This document shows, one piece after another, positions 10,375-20,261 of a stretch of DNA of 64,000 nucleotides. Under the pieces are notes generated by a model, which saw only the letters and a program-made list of their open reading frames with translations, ran no database searches and had not been told where the DNA came from. This stretch comes from Candidatus Latescibacterota bacterium (lineage in GTDB: Bacteria > Latescibacterota > UBA2968 > UBA8231), in the NCBI GenBank assembly GCA_965200315.1, contig OZ241362.1, positions 1,184,001 to 1,248,000 of the forward strand, read 5' to 3'. Position numbers and translations under genes: made by a program. How positions within the stretch are numbered: the first letter of the stretch is position 1; every line of letters begins with the position of its first letter.

Positions 10375-11238
10375 TCAGCCCCGCCAGCGTGTCTCATCGA
10401 GGTCGTAGAGATTGTTGGCGATTAGCAAGCGAGCGCGCGGGGCCGCTCGCACATCGTCCCCGTTGAGTGCTCGGCGCAAAAACTCGGGATGTTCTTCTAG
10501 AAAAGTCCGCATCGCCGCGTGAGGATCTCGGTAGTACTCCACCAGTTTTGCCCCTTGCGCCTCGTCAATCCGCCCCATTTCAACTAAGCGACCAAAGAGT
10601 GCCTCATCTACCCGCATGAGCGCCCCGGCTGCAATGCCCTGCTCGTTGAGCGTATCAAGGCCGCCTTGGCCCCGGTCGATTACATTGGCCGCGTATGCTA
10701 TCCGCCCCCCACCTGCGGCCACGGCCGGGATCCAAGCGCGCAAGTAACTCGACGCCTCGGTCACCATGTCGGCCACGTGCAGCACATCCATGGCGTTTGC
10801 CTGCACTGTTCGCAGCCTTTGGCCTTCCAACACCACAGTGCGGCCATCCTTGTAAATCAACAGCGACGGCTTTCCCAGCCGCTCGGCTACGGCCAAAGAA
10901 AAATACCAGTCGCGGCGCTCACCGCCGGACACGCCGTCAAAATGTGCATCGCTTTCTCGAGCCAGCGCGACCAACCCATCGACAACTTGGCGATACACAG
11001 CATCTGCCTCGTATTGACCCTCCACGCGCTCCTGCAAGCGCTGTGGGAAATCCGCATCCTCTTTGTGCACGTCAATGAAGGCCAAAAGCTGCTGTGCCTG
11101 CTCCGACCCGCCATAGAGATATTCGGCATTGATGTAGTAGGGGCCAACCGTGCCGGAGGTGTACCAAAACACCTCCCCCTGTGGGGCAAGGCGCAATGCC
11201 TGCGTGTCTAAGAGAGCTGCCAAGAGATCAAAGGCCAT
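10375..11238 (-). CDS. Orotate phosphoribosyltransferase-like type I PRTase
   Basis: FWYTSGTVGPYYIN, SGGERRDWYFS, PRPP loop LHVADMVTEASS, VIDRGQGG. Confidence 0.7.
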   Translation of the reverse strand: MAFDLLAALLDTQALRLAPQGEVFWYTSGTVGPYYINAEYLYGGSEQAQQLLAFIDVHKEDADFPQRLQERVEGQYEADAVYRQVVDGLVALARESDAHFDGVSGGERRDWYFSLAVAERLGKPSLLIYKDGRTVVLEGQRLRTVQANAMDVLHVADMVTEASSYLRAWIPAVAAGGGRIAYAANVIDRGQGGLDTLNEQGIAAGALMRVDEALFGRLVEMGRIDEAQGAKLVEYYRDPHAAMRTFLEEHPEFLRRALNGDDVRAAPRARLLIANNLYDLDETRWRG

Positions 11239-11323
11239 AAAACCTCCTTTTCTAATTTTGGTGGTTCAAAAGTTGATAGGACTTTCAGGGGCCTGTTCTG
11301 GCAAACTCGAAAAGCAACGGTCA

Positions 11324-11749
11324 CTAGCCGAGCGTCCGCTCGACATAGCAGGCAAACGTCTCAAAATCGTCGATGCCTACGCGCAGTGCTTCCGCAATTA
11401 CCTCGAGGTCAACGTCCAAATAACCATGTACTAAGACGTTGCGGAAGCCGGCCACTTTCCGAAACTCGGCCGCAAATTCGCCTGGCAAGATAGCTGCGTC
11501 CGCGAGGCGATCGATAGCAGACGCATAATCCGGCGCGTCCAGTCCCACTGCCGACGATAGGTGGGTGGCAATGTCCAAGGCGTTCTGTGCACAAAGTTGC
11601 AGCCCTCGCTCAATGGCCAAGCGGCGATCGCGATCTTCCAGCAACGCCTGCACAGAAATTCCCGTGTGTCGGCGCAGGTTGGCAACCTCTAGGCGCAACG
11701 CCGTCAGATGACGGCGAATTTGGGGAGGGTCCAAGCGTCCGGGATTCAT
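11324..11749 (-). CDS. HepT/DUF86 HEPN ribonuclease toxin (type VII TA)
   Basis: HEPN motif FRNVLVHGY; start overlaps MNT stop (ATGA). Confidence 0.88.
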   Translation of the reverse strand: MNPGRLDPPQIRRHLTALRLEVANLRRHTGISVQALLEDRDRRLAIERGLQLCAQNALDIATHLSSAVGLDAPDYASAIDRLADAAILPGEFAAEFRKVAGFRNVLVHGYLDVDLEVIAEALRVGIDDFETFACYVERTLG

Positions 11750-12189
11750 CGCTCGTCTGCGCTGTCGAGCGTACGCCACGATGCCTCGATCTTGGCGAGT
11801 TGCGGAACGTAGTCGCAGTAGCGCGAGAGGGCTTGGCCTTCGCGCGTCGTCGTGGCGGCAAGGTCTCGCGCAACGACCCGCACACCGTCCCGCAACACCC
11901 GATAGTAGAGGACAGGTGGAGCACCGTTGAGGATGAGCACATCTACATCGTTGGTCTGGAGCCCGGCCATGAGCTTAGTCGTGAGTGCGGCTCGGTATCC
12001 AAAAGGACCGGCCTCGGCCAACCTTTCTTCAATAAACACCGCTATGTCAATGTCGCTGTGGGATTGCGCCCGTCCTTGGGCGTGGGAACCAAAAAGGTAC
12101 GCTTCGAGGACCTCCTCGCACGGCGATAACAAAGACGCAATCCGGGCGACCAACATAGCTCTATCGTTCACGGGGTCCTTGTTCCTCAC
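11746..12189 (-). CDS. MntA-like minimal nucleotidyltransferase antitoxin
   Basis: YLFGSHAQGRAQSHSDIDIAV (GS-x10-DxD); immediately upstream of HEPN gene. Confidence 0.88.
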   Translation of the reverse strand: MRNKDPVNDRAMLVARIASLLSPCEEVLEAYLFGSHAQGRAQSHSDIDIAVFIEERLAEAGPFGYRAALTTKLMAGLQTNDVDVLILNGAPPVLYYRVLRDGVRVVARDLAATTTREGQALSRYCDYVPQLAKIEASWRTLDSADER

Positions 12190-12325
12190 CTCGGTTGGCC
12201 TACTGAAAAAGCCCGTGGCAGCAAGTCGAGCTTTTCTCCCACCTCTGCGGGAAGCGCGAAACAGTAGTGTAGCAAAAAAAGGCCACCGGCGCAGATATGC
12301 AGGTTTTGGGTACGCCTAAAACCGC

Positions 12326-12862
12326 TTAGTCGGGCAAGTCTTCTTCTGGAATGTCGCGCAGGCGCGGATTATCGAGATCGCGCGGCGAGAGAATCGGCAC
12401 CCCCTCAATACTCCAGTCCAATCCCGTATCGGGATCGTCCCAAGCCACGCCCCATTCGTCCGTGCCGTCGTAATAGGAATCGACCAAATAAAAAAGCATC
12501 GCATCGGTGACGGCGTAAAAGCCATGCGCTACCCCCACCGGAATAAAGACGCCCCGCAATACCTCTTGATCTAACTCGATGACCTGTCCCTGCCCTCGAG
12601 TCGGCGAACTCCGGCGCAAATCGAGCAACCCGACGCGCAACGCGCCCATGCCGCAGTGCCAGTAGTCAACTTGGCGATGGTGATAGTGCAAACCGCGCAG
12701 CACGCCCTGTTGCGACTCCGACCGGCTCCACTGCAAAGCCTCCCAGCGGGGAAACCACTCCTTGCGATACACCTCGGTAAAGCGACCCCGCTCGTCGCCG
12801 TGCGACTGTAGCTCGGCTATATAGACGCCTTCAATGACCGTAGAGGGGCTGAGTTGGGCCAT
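12326..12862 (-). CDS. rfbC: dTDP-4-dehydrorhamnose 3,5-epimerase
   Basis: GDERGRF, GVLRGLHY, DLRRSSPT, GVAHGF, WDDP. Confidence 0.88.
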   Translation of the reverse strand: MAQLSPSTVIEGVYIAELQSHGDERGRFTEVYRKEWFPRWEALQWSRSESQQGVLRGLHYHHRQVDYWHCGMGALRVGLLDLRRSSPTRGQGQVIELDQEVLRGVFIPVGVAHGFYAVTDAMLFYLVDSYYDGTDEWGVAWDDPDTGLDWSIEGVPILSPRDLDNPRLRDIPEEDLPD

Positions 12863-12863
12863 C

Positions 12864-13481
12864 TCAAGCGGCCTTGCCACAGCATCTTTTGAACTTTTTG
12901 CCGCTGCCGCAGGGGCACGGGTCGTTGCGGCCGACTTTGGGGGCTTTGCGGCGGAAGGTCTCTACCTTGCCGGGAAAGAGCCGACCTCCGTCCAGCGCGT
13001 CGGCAGGTTTTTCACCTTCTAACGCGGGGCGCGGCGTCTGCAACCACTCCTCGTGCAATTCCCGCATGGCCTCGCTCATCTCCGCTTCGCCCAGTTCGCC
13101 ATCGAACCCGCGCTCTTGGCAAAAGGCACTAAAATCGGCCAGCAAGGCTCCCTGCGGTGAGCGCAGCATTTCCTCGACCTGCTGCACGTCAACCCCGGGC
13201 GGCAGGGCCTGCTGGAGTTGGGCCAAGTCCAAGTCCTCCACCGCGGCAGGTTCCTCGTCGTCTGTATCCGCGACGGGAGCAGGTGCTACCGCATCGGCGA
13301 TTTCGGCCAGTATTTGGCCCATTTCACTGCGATCGGCCTCAGTGGCCGCTGGCAGTACTTGATCGACAATCCAATCGACCTCTTCGCCATCTGCCAACAG
13401 CTCAACTATCTCTTCAGCCGAGAATTTTTCTCCCCCCTTGGCTTGGCACAATGCCTCCAAGCGCGTGGCCAACTCCTGCAC
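12864..13481 (-). CDS. SEC-C motif domain protein
   Basis: C-terminal [21 protein letters not shown]; [14 protein letters not shown]. Confidence 0.8.
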   Translation of the reverse strand: MQELATRLEALCQAKGGEKFSAEEIVELLADGEEVDWIVDQVLPAATEADRSEMGQILAEIADAVAPAPVADTDDEEPAAVEDLDLAQLQQALPPGVDVQQVEEMLRSPQGALLADFSAFCQERGFDGELGEAEMSEAMRELHEEWLQTPRPALEGEKPADALDGGRLFPGKVETFRRKAPKVGRNDPCPCGSGKKFKRCCGKAA

Positions 13482-13736
13482 GAGCGCACTCCATTTTCAG
13501 CAATTATGTGGGCGAATTTACCGGTGCGAAATCTACCGCTTGCCCCTGTACCTGTCAAAAGATGCACCTCAGAAATCTGAGGATGCTCAAATATCTGAGG
13601 CTTTTTGTTGCTAAAAACTCCTAAAAACGGGCGATAAGACGCGTATTTTCCCCTTATTGAAGAATGGCACGATTATTGCGTGTGTACGTATAACATGACA
13701 AAAATCGCTTGAATTGTACCAGAAAGGAGCACAACC

Positions 13737-14345
13737 ATGGTAGCGATGAATGAACTCACAGATCGGGAAATTTTGCTGCGAGCGGCCGAAGACCAAGGTC
13801 ATCTCGGCGTGCTGGTCAAACGCTATCGCACCCCCCTGTACAACTTTGTCTATCGCTTTGTCGGCGACAGGGAAACGGCCGAGGACATCGTCCAAGAAAC
13901 TTTTCTCCGCTGCTTGCGCCACAGCCACCAGTACCCAGCCATCGAACAGGTTTCCACTTGGCTCTACACCATTGCCGGCAACTTGGCCAAAACTGAATTG
14001 CGCCGCCGCAAGCGCTGGAATTGGATTCCAATCAGCCCCAGTGACGATGAACAGACCGCCGCCTTTTACGAGCCGCCGGCCAAGGACCCGATCCCCGGCG
14101 AACAGGCCGACGGCAACCGCGTCAAGTCCCTCGTCGTCGACGCCATCGAGGACCTGCCCTCAGAATTTCGCTCCGCCGTGCTCCTCCGCGATTTGAAAGG
14201 GCTCTCGTACGAGGAAATTGCCAAGATCATCAACTGCCCCGTAGGCACGGTCAAATCGCGCGTCAACCGGGGCCGCCTGCGGCTGCAAAAGACCTTGCGC
14301 GGGCTGGCCGAAGAAGTGATCGGATCGCTCGCCGCACCAGCCTGA
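13737..14345 (+). CDS. ECF sigma-70 factor (RpoE-like)
   Basis: AEDIVQETF, STWLYTIAGN, LSYEEIA...GTVKSRVNRGR. Confidence 0.92.
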   Translation: MVAMNELTDREILLRAAEDQGHLGVLVKRYRTPLYNFVYRFVGDRETAEDIVQETFLRCLRHSHQYPAIEQVSTWLYTIAGNLAKTELRRRKRWNWIPISPSDDEQTAAFYEPPAKDPIPGEQADGNRVKSLVVDAIEDLPSEFRSAVLLRDLKGLSYEEIAKIINCPVGTVKSRVNRGRLRLQKTLRGLAEEVIGSLAAPA

Positions 14346-14432
14346 TTTCTTTGCCAGCTCCCGTAGAGGCGTTGTCATTGCCCCGCGGCTTGCTCCTAAT
14401 TATCTTCGCTCATTCGCAATTAGGAGCAAGCC

Positions 14433-15488
14433 ATGACCATTGATACCCAACGCCTCTACGGCTTTGTCGAGCAATTGCTCGCCGCGCACGCGCCCTCGGG
14501 CGCAGAATCCGCTATGGACGCCCTCGTCAACGAGCTTACCGCCCCCATTGGCAACGCCGTCTGGCAAGACGCGGCCGACAACATCATCATCCACATCAAA
14601 GGCCAAAGCCACGACCAGCCCGTGGCAGCCGTCGCCCACAAGGACGAAATCGCCCTCATCGTCAAGCGCATTGAGTCCGACGGCAAAATCAGGGTGCAGC
14701 CCTTGGGCGGATTGCACCCTTGGGCACTAGGTGAAAGCCCGGTAGAGATCATGGCGCGGGACGGCCTCTGTCGAGGCGTGCTTTCCACCGGTGCCAAACA
14801 CGTCTCCACAGAGAGCCCGGCGGGGCGGCTCAAAGATGGCCAACCGCTCAAGTGGGAACAGATGTGGATTGAAACGAGGCTCGCGGCTGAAGAGTTGGCC
14901 CAGCGCGGGATCCGCGCCGGTACTCGGGTCGTCATCGCCGGCAAACACAAGACGCTCTGGCGTTTGGGCGATTGCGTCTGCGGCTACAATCTCGATTGCC
15001 GCGCCGGCTTGGCGGCCATGCTCGAAGTGGGCCTGCACTTGCGGGAGAATCGACCGGCCCAAGACGTATATCTAGTGGCCAGCTCCAGCGAGGAAATCGG
15101 CGGCCACGGCGCTACCTATGCGCTCGGACGGCTGCCGGTTGACGCGGCCGTTGCCGTTGACATCGCGCCCGCGGCAGCCGAATACGGCACGGCCAACAGC
15201 GGCAACCCCATCATCGGCGTCCGGGACAGTCGCGGCCTGTACGACACACGCATCATCAACCGCTTTGACTCCCTAGCCGCCACTTGCGGGTTCGGCATCC
15301 AAATGGCCGTCCTCACTTCGTATTCCAGCGACTCGTCAATTGCCAAAACGTCCGGTGCCATTGCGCGCGCTGCGCTGATTGGCTATCCAGGCGAAAACAC
15401 GCACGGGTACGAAATCTGCGCGTGGGACGGCATCGTCAATACAGCGCGATTGCTTTTGGCTTATCTGGAAAATCCAGTGGTGGACTAA
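14433..15488 (+). CDS. M42 family metallopeptidase
   Basis: PSGAE, AHKDEI, LDCRAG, EEIG, VD, HGYE metal-ligand motifs. Confidence 0.85.
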   Translation: MTIDTQRLYGFVEQLLAAHAPSGAESAMDALVNELTAPIGNAVWQDAADNIIIHIKGQSHDQPVAAVAHKDEIALIVKRIESDGKIRVQPLGGLHPWALGESPVEIMARDGLCRGVLSTGAKHVSTESPAGRLKDGQPLKWEQMWIETRLAAEELAQRGIRAGTRVVIAGKHKTLWRLGDCVCGYNLDCRAGLAAMLEVGLHLRENRPAQDVYLVASSSEEIGGHGATYALGRLPVDAAVAVDIAPAAAEYGTANSGNPIIGVRDSRGLYDTRIINRFDSLAATCGFGIQMAVLTSYSSDSSIAKTSGAIARAALIGYPGENTHGYEICAWDGIVNTARLLLAYLENPVVD

Positions 15489-15575
15489 GGCCCCGAACAA
15501 CATCTTCCCCCATCTGCGTCCATCTGCGGATACTCTACCGCCGTGCGACAGTTGCCCAAGGGTTTTGAGAACGCT

Positions 15576-16628
15576 CTAAAACGCTCGCCGGACCAAAAAG
15601 TCCAGCATTTCTCCCAGCATATCGCGTACGGGATTGGCCGGAAGTTTCTCTAGGTATGTCAAGCTCTCTTCGACCTTCTGCTGGCACACGCCCTCGACGT
15701 AGCGGTCGCATTCGTAGCGCTCGACTAAGGCGATGACTCGCTCGATTTCGGCGGCTGTGTTGAGGTGCCGCTCCTCGTGTAAGATCGCCATCACTTCTTC
15801 GCGCTCCGCCGCGTTGCATTTGCCCAATAGGTCGATGATAATCAAGGTCCGCTTTCCCTCCGCAATATCCCCACCCCGCTCCTTGCCATAGGCCCCAGAA
15901 GTAACCCCTGGCGCAGAGCCAGCGTCCTGTTCGGAAGAGCTCAAGTTCAGCAGGTCGTCGCGGAGTTGGAACGCGATGGCCATGGACTCGCCGAAGTCGC
16001 CGATACAAGTTCGCAATTCCGTATCGGCACCCGCGATAATCGCCCCGGCCGTACACGGCCCCCGACCCGTGTACCACCCAGTCTTCTTGCGCAACATGGC
16101 CATAAACTCGTCCTCGCTGGGAATGTAGCGCTGGCGAATCCAGCCCACATCGTACGCCTGTCCCTCAAACGTCTCGCACGAGCCGCGAATCATCTCGTCT
16201 ATCAAATCGAGCGCGATATCCGCCCCTAACACCTCGCGGTTCGCGCCGAGGATCTCAAAGACCTTGGCGTACAGGGCATCGCCGACGTTGATGGTCAACG
16301 GAATACCGTGCAGCTTGTGCAAACAGGGCTTGCCGCGCCGCATCTCCGAATCGTCTTCAATATCGTCGTGGACCACGGCAAACGACTGGAACATCTCAAA
16401 GGCCACCGCAGTCCGCATAGCTTTCTTCACGTCGCCGCCGCAGGCTTGGCACGCCAACAGCACTAGCACCGGGCGGAACCGCTTGCCGCCGCGCTCCGGG
16501 TAGTCGCGCATCAGCCGATATAGAAAGTCCTCGGGTTCGCGCACCGCGAGGAACGAAAACATCTCCTCTTCTAGGTCTGGAATGTAGCGGTGTAAAAACT
16601 GGCGCAGGCCTCCGGGGACCGCAGACAT
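15576..16628 (-). CDS. Polyprenyl diphosphate synthase (GGPPS/IdsA-like)
   Basis: GGKRFRP, VHDDIEDDSEMRRG, GQAYD, AFQLRDD, GDIAEGKRT. Confidence 0.9.
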   Translation of the reverse strand: MSAVPGGLRQFLHRYIPDLEEEMFSFLAVREPEDFLYRLMRDYPERGGKRFRPVLVLLACQACGGDVKKAMRTAVAFEMFQSFAVVHDDIEDDSEMRRGKPCLHKLHGIPLTINVGDALYAKVFEILGANREVLGADIALDLIDEMIRGSCETFEGQAYDVGWIRQRYIPSEDEFMAMLRKKTGWYTGRGPCTAGAIIAGADTELRTCIGDFGESMAIAFQLRDDLLNLSSSEQDAGSAPGVTSGAYGKERGGDIAEGKRTLIIIDLLGKCNAAEREEVMAILHEERHLNTAAEIERVIALVERYECDRYVEGVCQQKVEESLTYLEKLPANPVRDMLGEMLDFLVRRAF

Positions 16629-16662
16629 GTTCAACCTTTCGTTGTGAATGGCGCGAGCGGAC

Positions 16663-17247
16663 TTACCACCTAGTGCGCTCCACTTGTACTTCGGGGTGCG
16701 AGACAATTAAGTGCCATATAACGGCTTGGAATGATTCCGTCAGCGGCGTAACCACATCCGGCGCGACCGTCGGCACAATTGCGCAGGCATCGGCAACTTG
16801 GGCCGTAAAGCCGCCATCCCGCCCCACGATGCCGCAGATCGTGGCTCCGACCTCTTTGGCGTACTCCAGTGCTACAACCAAGTTGACGCTGGTATTCAGC
16901 GGGCGATTGCCGCCGCCGACGGACAAGACCAAGATCAGATCCTTTGCGCTTAAACGGCTGCCCTCCAGCCATTTGGCAAAGGCCGTATCCCAACCCTCGT
17001 CGTTGATGCGCGCCGTCAGCTCCGCGACGTTGTCCGTGGGTGCGTAGGACTCAATGCCAGCGATCTTGCGAAAGTCGTTGACCGCGTGGCTCGCATTGCC
17101 CGCGCTGCCCCCCACGCCGAGGATAAAGAGCCGCCCGCCGCGCTGACGAGTCTCGACGACGAGTTGGACTATCGCTTCTATCGCATTGCGATCTAGCTGC
17201 TTGATGACTTGAGTCGCCGCAGCCAAATACTGTTGGGTATAACTCAT
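16663..17247 (-). CDS. gmhA: SIS-domain phosphoheptose isomerase (GmhA-like)
   Basis: GVGGSAGNASHAVND, LTARINDEG, GIVGRDGG, ESFQAVIWH. Confidence 0.75.
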   Translation of the reverse strand: MSYTQQYLAAATQVIKQLDRNAIEAIVQLVVETRQRGGRLFILGVGGSAGNASHAVNDFRKIAGIESYAPTDNVAELTARINDEGWDTAFAKWLEGSRLSAKDLILVLSVGGGNRPLNTSVNLVVALEYAKEVGATICGIVGRDGGFTAQVADACAIVPTVAPDVVTPLTESFQAVIWHLIVSHPEVQVERTRW

Positions 17248-17256
17248 CCGCCACGC

Positions 17257-18012
17257 TTACAGGCTGTAGCCGGCGGCCGTGGCATCTGCGTAAAAGATCT
17301 GGACGGTCTCCAACGAGAACTGCCCCATTTCCTTGCCTAAGGTCGGCAGCTTCTTGATGATGTCGCTGGTGCAGGTGATGATGTGGCAGCCGATGCTGTC
17401 GGCTTGGACGACATTGTAAACCTCGCGGGGGCTGGCCCAGATGAGCTCGGCTTGGGGGTTGGACGCGAGCAGCTCGACCGACTCGGCCATGATTGGCATA
17501 TAGTCTAGCCCGGCGTCGGCGATGCGGCCGGCAAAGACCGACACGCAACACGATGCCCCACCCTCGACTGCGGCCGCCACTTCTCGCACTTGGTCGAGCA
17601 AAAAGATCGCCGTGACATTGACTTTGACCCCGGCGTGAGACAGCCGATGGACCAAGTCGTAGCTTACTTCGCCCTTGGTGTTGCTGACGGGGATTTTGGC
17701 GTACACGTTTTCGCCCCAAGTGGCGATCTCGCGGGCTTGGCGCTCCATGTCGTCGAACTCGTCTGAAAAGACCTCAAAAGAAATGTGGCGATCGGGAATG
17801 GCCGCGACTATGTCGTGGGCAAAGGCCCGGTAGTCGGTAACGCCCGCTTGGCGCATCAAGGTGGGATTGGTCGTAAACCCAGATACTAGCGGATTGGCAT
17901 AGCTCGCCAGCATACTCTCGCGGTCGGCCCCGTCGGCAAAAATTTTGACCGCGAGGTCGGCAGCGGTTTTTTCGTACGCCAACACTTGCGAAGTGAAAGT
18001 GAGAGTGGTCAT
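17257..18012 (-). CDS. tal: Transaldolase (small type)
   Basis: GFTTNPTL, SFEV, YAKIP, VNVTAIF, SVFAGRIAD, WASPRE. Confidence 0.85.
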   Translation of the reverse strand: MTTLTFTSQVLAYEKTAADLAVKIFADGADRESMLASYANPLVSGFTTNPTLMRQAGVTDYRAFAHDIVAAIPDRHISFEVFSDEFDDMERQAREIATWGENVYAKIPVSNTKGEVSYDLVHRLSHAGVKVNVTAIFLLDQVREVAAAVEGGASCCVSVFAGRIADAGLDYMPIMAESVELLASNPQAELIWASPREVYNVVQADSIGCHIITCTSDIIKKLPTLGKEMGQFSLETVQIFYADATAAGYSL

Positions 18013-18190
18013 GGAATTGCTCCTTTAGATTCGCGATAGGCTTAAGTCTATTGATATTAAATATAAAACTCACTGCCGGAAAATTGCCGCAGCCCACGCA
18101 CGGGGCGGTTGGCAATAGTAAAACGCGTATCGTATAATTACAGGCAACCGCTGCATCTCACTTGCCATCCAATTAAATAGGGACTCTGCG

Positions 18191-19630
18191 ATGAAATGCC
18201 AATGGGCACTAGTCGGTTTGCTAATCGCCACCACCTGCTCGACAGCCGAGGTCCTCTCGCTGCAAGAGTGCATCGACTTGGCCATGCAAAACAACCTGCA
18301 ACACCAAAGGGACCAACAAACCCTAGACAACAGCCACATCCAACTGAAGGCGGCGCAAGCGCCTTTTACCTTCGGCATGGACGCCTCTGTCACCGCCCCT
18401 AGCTTCACGGAGCTGCGCGACACCCAAGAAAACGTCGCCCTCCAAACCCGAGTCCGCGAAGAGAATACCGATGTCTCCTACTCGGGCAACCTGCGCATGA
18501 CCCAGCGCCTACGCCACCTCGGCCAATTCACGCTGACCTCTGTGGCTCTGCGTCGCGACTTCTCGTCCAATCGCCGCGAGGACTTTCTCGATTATTCAGG
18601 TTCGACGCGCCTTGCTTACGAGCGCGACATATTCGGCCAGCCCAGCGAGGAGATCACGCTCAAGCGCGCCGAGCACAGTTTGCAAAGCGCCCGCCTCAAC
18701 TTCGATCGCCAGCGGCTCCAGCTAGAAGGCCAAGTCATCGACGATTACTACGACTTAGTGCAAAGCGTCCGCGAGCTCGAAATAGAGGAACAGCGCTTGG
18801 CGCAGTCGCGTGCCAACTTGGAACTGGCCCAGCGAAAATTTGAGGTCGGCCTCATCGCCGAAGTGGAAGCCCTGCGCCTACAGGTGGAAATGCTGCAGGC
18901 CGAGGCCACGTATGACCAAGCTCAAACCGCTATCGAACTGCGCCGCGACCTGCTCCGCGAAACCCTCGGACTCGACGTGTGGGCACCGCTCGAAATCGAC
19001 ACTGAGGTTCAGAACGAGATTTACCCCATCGACGCCCAAAGTGCCCTTGAAATCGGCTTGGTGCGCCGCACCGACATGAAACAAGCCGAGATTTTTGAGG
19101 AGATCAGAGCGTTGGACCTAGAGGAAACTCGCCGCCGCAACAGCATTAACGCAACCTTGGGTGCCAATGTCAGCATGCAGGGGCGCGGTCCAGAAATTGG
19201 CGATGTCAGCGACAATTTCGAGCGCAATCGATGGGGAGTCGATCTGCAGATAAGCCTGCCACTGATCGACAGCGGCCAGCGGCAGGCCAACATCAGCCAA
19301 GCGCGCATCGCCTTGGAGCAGAGCCGCATCGGACGCGAGCAGCAGCGCCGCCTAATCATCCAGCAAGTTCGCGACGCCACGCGCCGCGTCCACGAGGCCG
19401 AGCGCCAGATCAACCTGCGCCAAGCCACCCTCGAATTTGCCCAGCGCACCTATGACGTCGAACAGAGCCGCTTTGAACTCGGCTTGGCCGACAGCCAGCA
19501 ATTGCTCCAAGCCCAAGGCAACTTGACCCAAGCCCGGATCAACGCCTTAGCCGCAGTCATAGGCTACCAGCGCCAGCTCAAAAACGTGCGGCTCGCCACT
19601 ATGGCTGAGCTAAAAGAACTGGCGCCGTAG
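18191..19630 (+). CDS. TolC family outer membrane efflux protein
   Basis: Signal peptide; LSLQECIDLAMQNN; two OEP repeats (RKFEVGL, LPLIDSG, RFELGL). Confidence 0.88.
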   Translation: MKCQWALVGLLIATTCSTAEVLSLQECIDLAMQNNLQHQRDQQTLDNSHIQLKAAQAPFTFGMDASVTAPSFTELRDTQENVALQTRVREENTDVSYSGNLRMTQRLRHLGQFTLTSVALRRDFSSNRREDFLDYSGSTRLAYERDIFGQPSEEITLKRAEHSLQSARLNFDRQRLQLEGQVIDDYYDLVQSVRELEIEEQRLAQSRANLELAQRKFEVGLIAEVEALRLQVEMLQAEATYDQAQTAIELRRDLLRETLGLDVWAPLEIDTEVQNEIYPIDAQSALEIGLVRRTDMKQAEIFEEIRALDLEETRRRNSINATLGANVSMQGRGPEIGDVSDNFERNRWGVDLQISLPLIDSGQRQANISQARIALEQSRIGREQQRRLIIQQVRDATRRVHEAERQINLRQATLEFAQRTYDVEQSRFELGLADSQQLLQAQGNLTQARINALAAVIGYQRQLKNVRLATMAELKELAP

Positions 19631-19654
19631 GCTTCCCAATCCCAATCCTCATAC

Positions 19655-19700
19655 AAAGGCGGCCCAAGCTTATTTGGAGCAACTTGGGCCGCCTTTTGTT
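19655..19700. terminator. Intrinsic (probably bidirectional) terminator
   Basis: aaaggcggcccaag...cttgggccgcctttt hairpin between convergent genes. Confidence 0.8.
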
Positions 19701-19728
19701 GGACTTGAATAACGCGCGGATTAAGCGC

Positions 19729-20217
19729 CTATTTGTCGTCTTCTGAATCCATCAGCGGATGCGAAAATTCTTCTATGTCCTCGCCAAACATTCGCCGTGG
19801 GCGCAGCCGGGTATAGGACGGAATCTGGTTTTGCTCTTCGGCCTCCTGACAGGACACGCACAGCCGCGCCGTGGGCAGGGCATCCAAGCGCGGCTTGGGA
19901 ATAAACGGACAGGTCGCGCACAGGTTTAAGGGTTTTTCAAGGCAGGCTTCGCACTTGCCATACGTCGTACCTTCTAACTTCTCGAGCGCCAGAATAACCT
20001 CTTCCAACTCGCGGCGCTCAGTATCACCCAGCGCCACCAAAAGCTCCATGGCCCCGGCCTCAACCGCTCGGTCGAGATCGTCGGCCTTGGGGTCTTGCAG
20101 CTCGTCGATTTCATGCTCGGTGCCGTCCAGATCGCTGAGCAATTCAGCGCGGCGCACCAAGAGCCTCTTCTTTATTCTTTCTCGATCTCGCTTGTTGAGG
20201 GCCACCTTTTTGGCCAT
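19729..20217 (-). CDS. DksA/TraR family transcription factor
   Basis: Coiled coil with DDLDRA tip; GTTYGKCEAC...RLDALPTARLCVSC zinc finger. Confidence 0.85.
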   Translation of the reverse strand: MAKKVALNKRDRERIKKRLLVRRAELLSDLDGTEHEIDELQDPKADDLDRAVEAGAMELLVALGDTERRELEEVILALEKLEGTTYGKCEACLEKPLNLCATCPFIPKPRLDALPTARLCVSCQEAEEQNQIPSYTRLRPRRMFGEDIEEFSHPLMDSEDDK

Positions 20218-20261
20218 AGTTTTCTCCCCTTTAACTGGCTCAAAGCCAGTGGATTACCCGC

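Noticed and set aside
15509-15531. catctgcgtccatctgcgg short tandem repeat; also palindrome cctcagaaatctgagg near 13567
   Set aside because: Single occurrences in the window; too short to call an element
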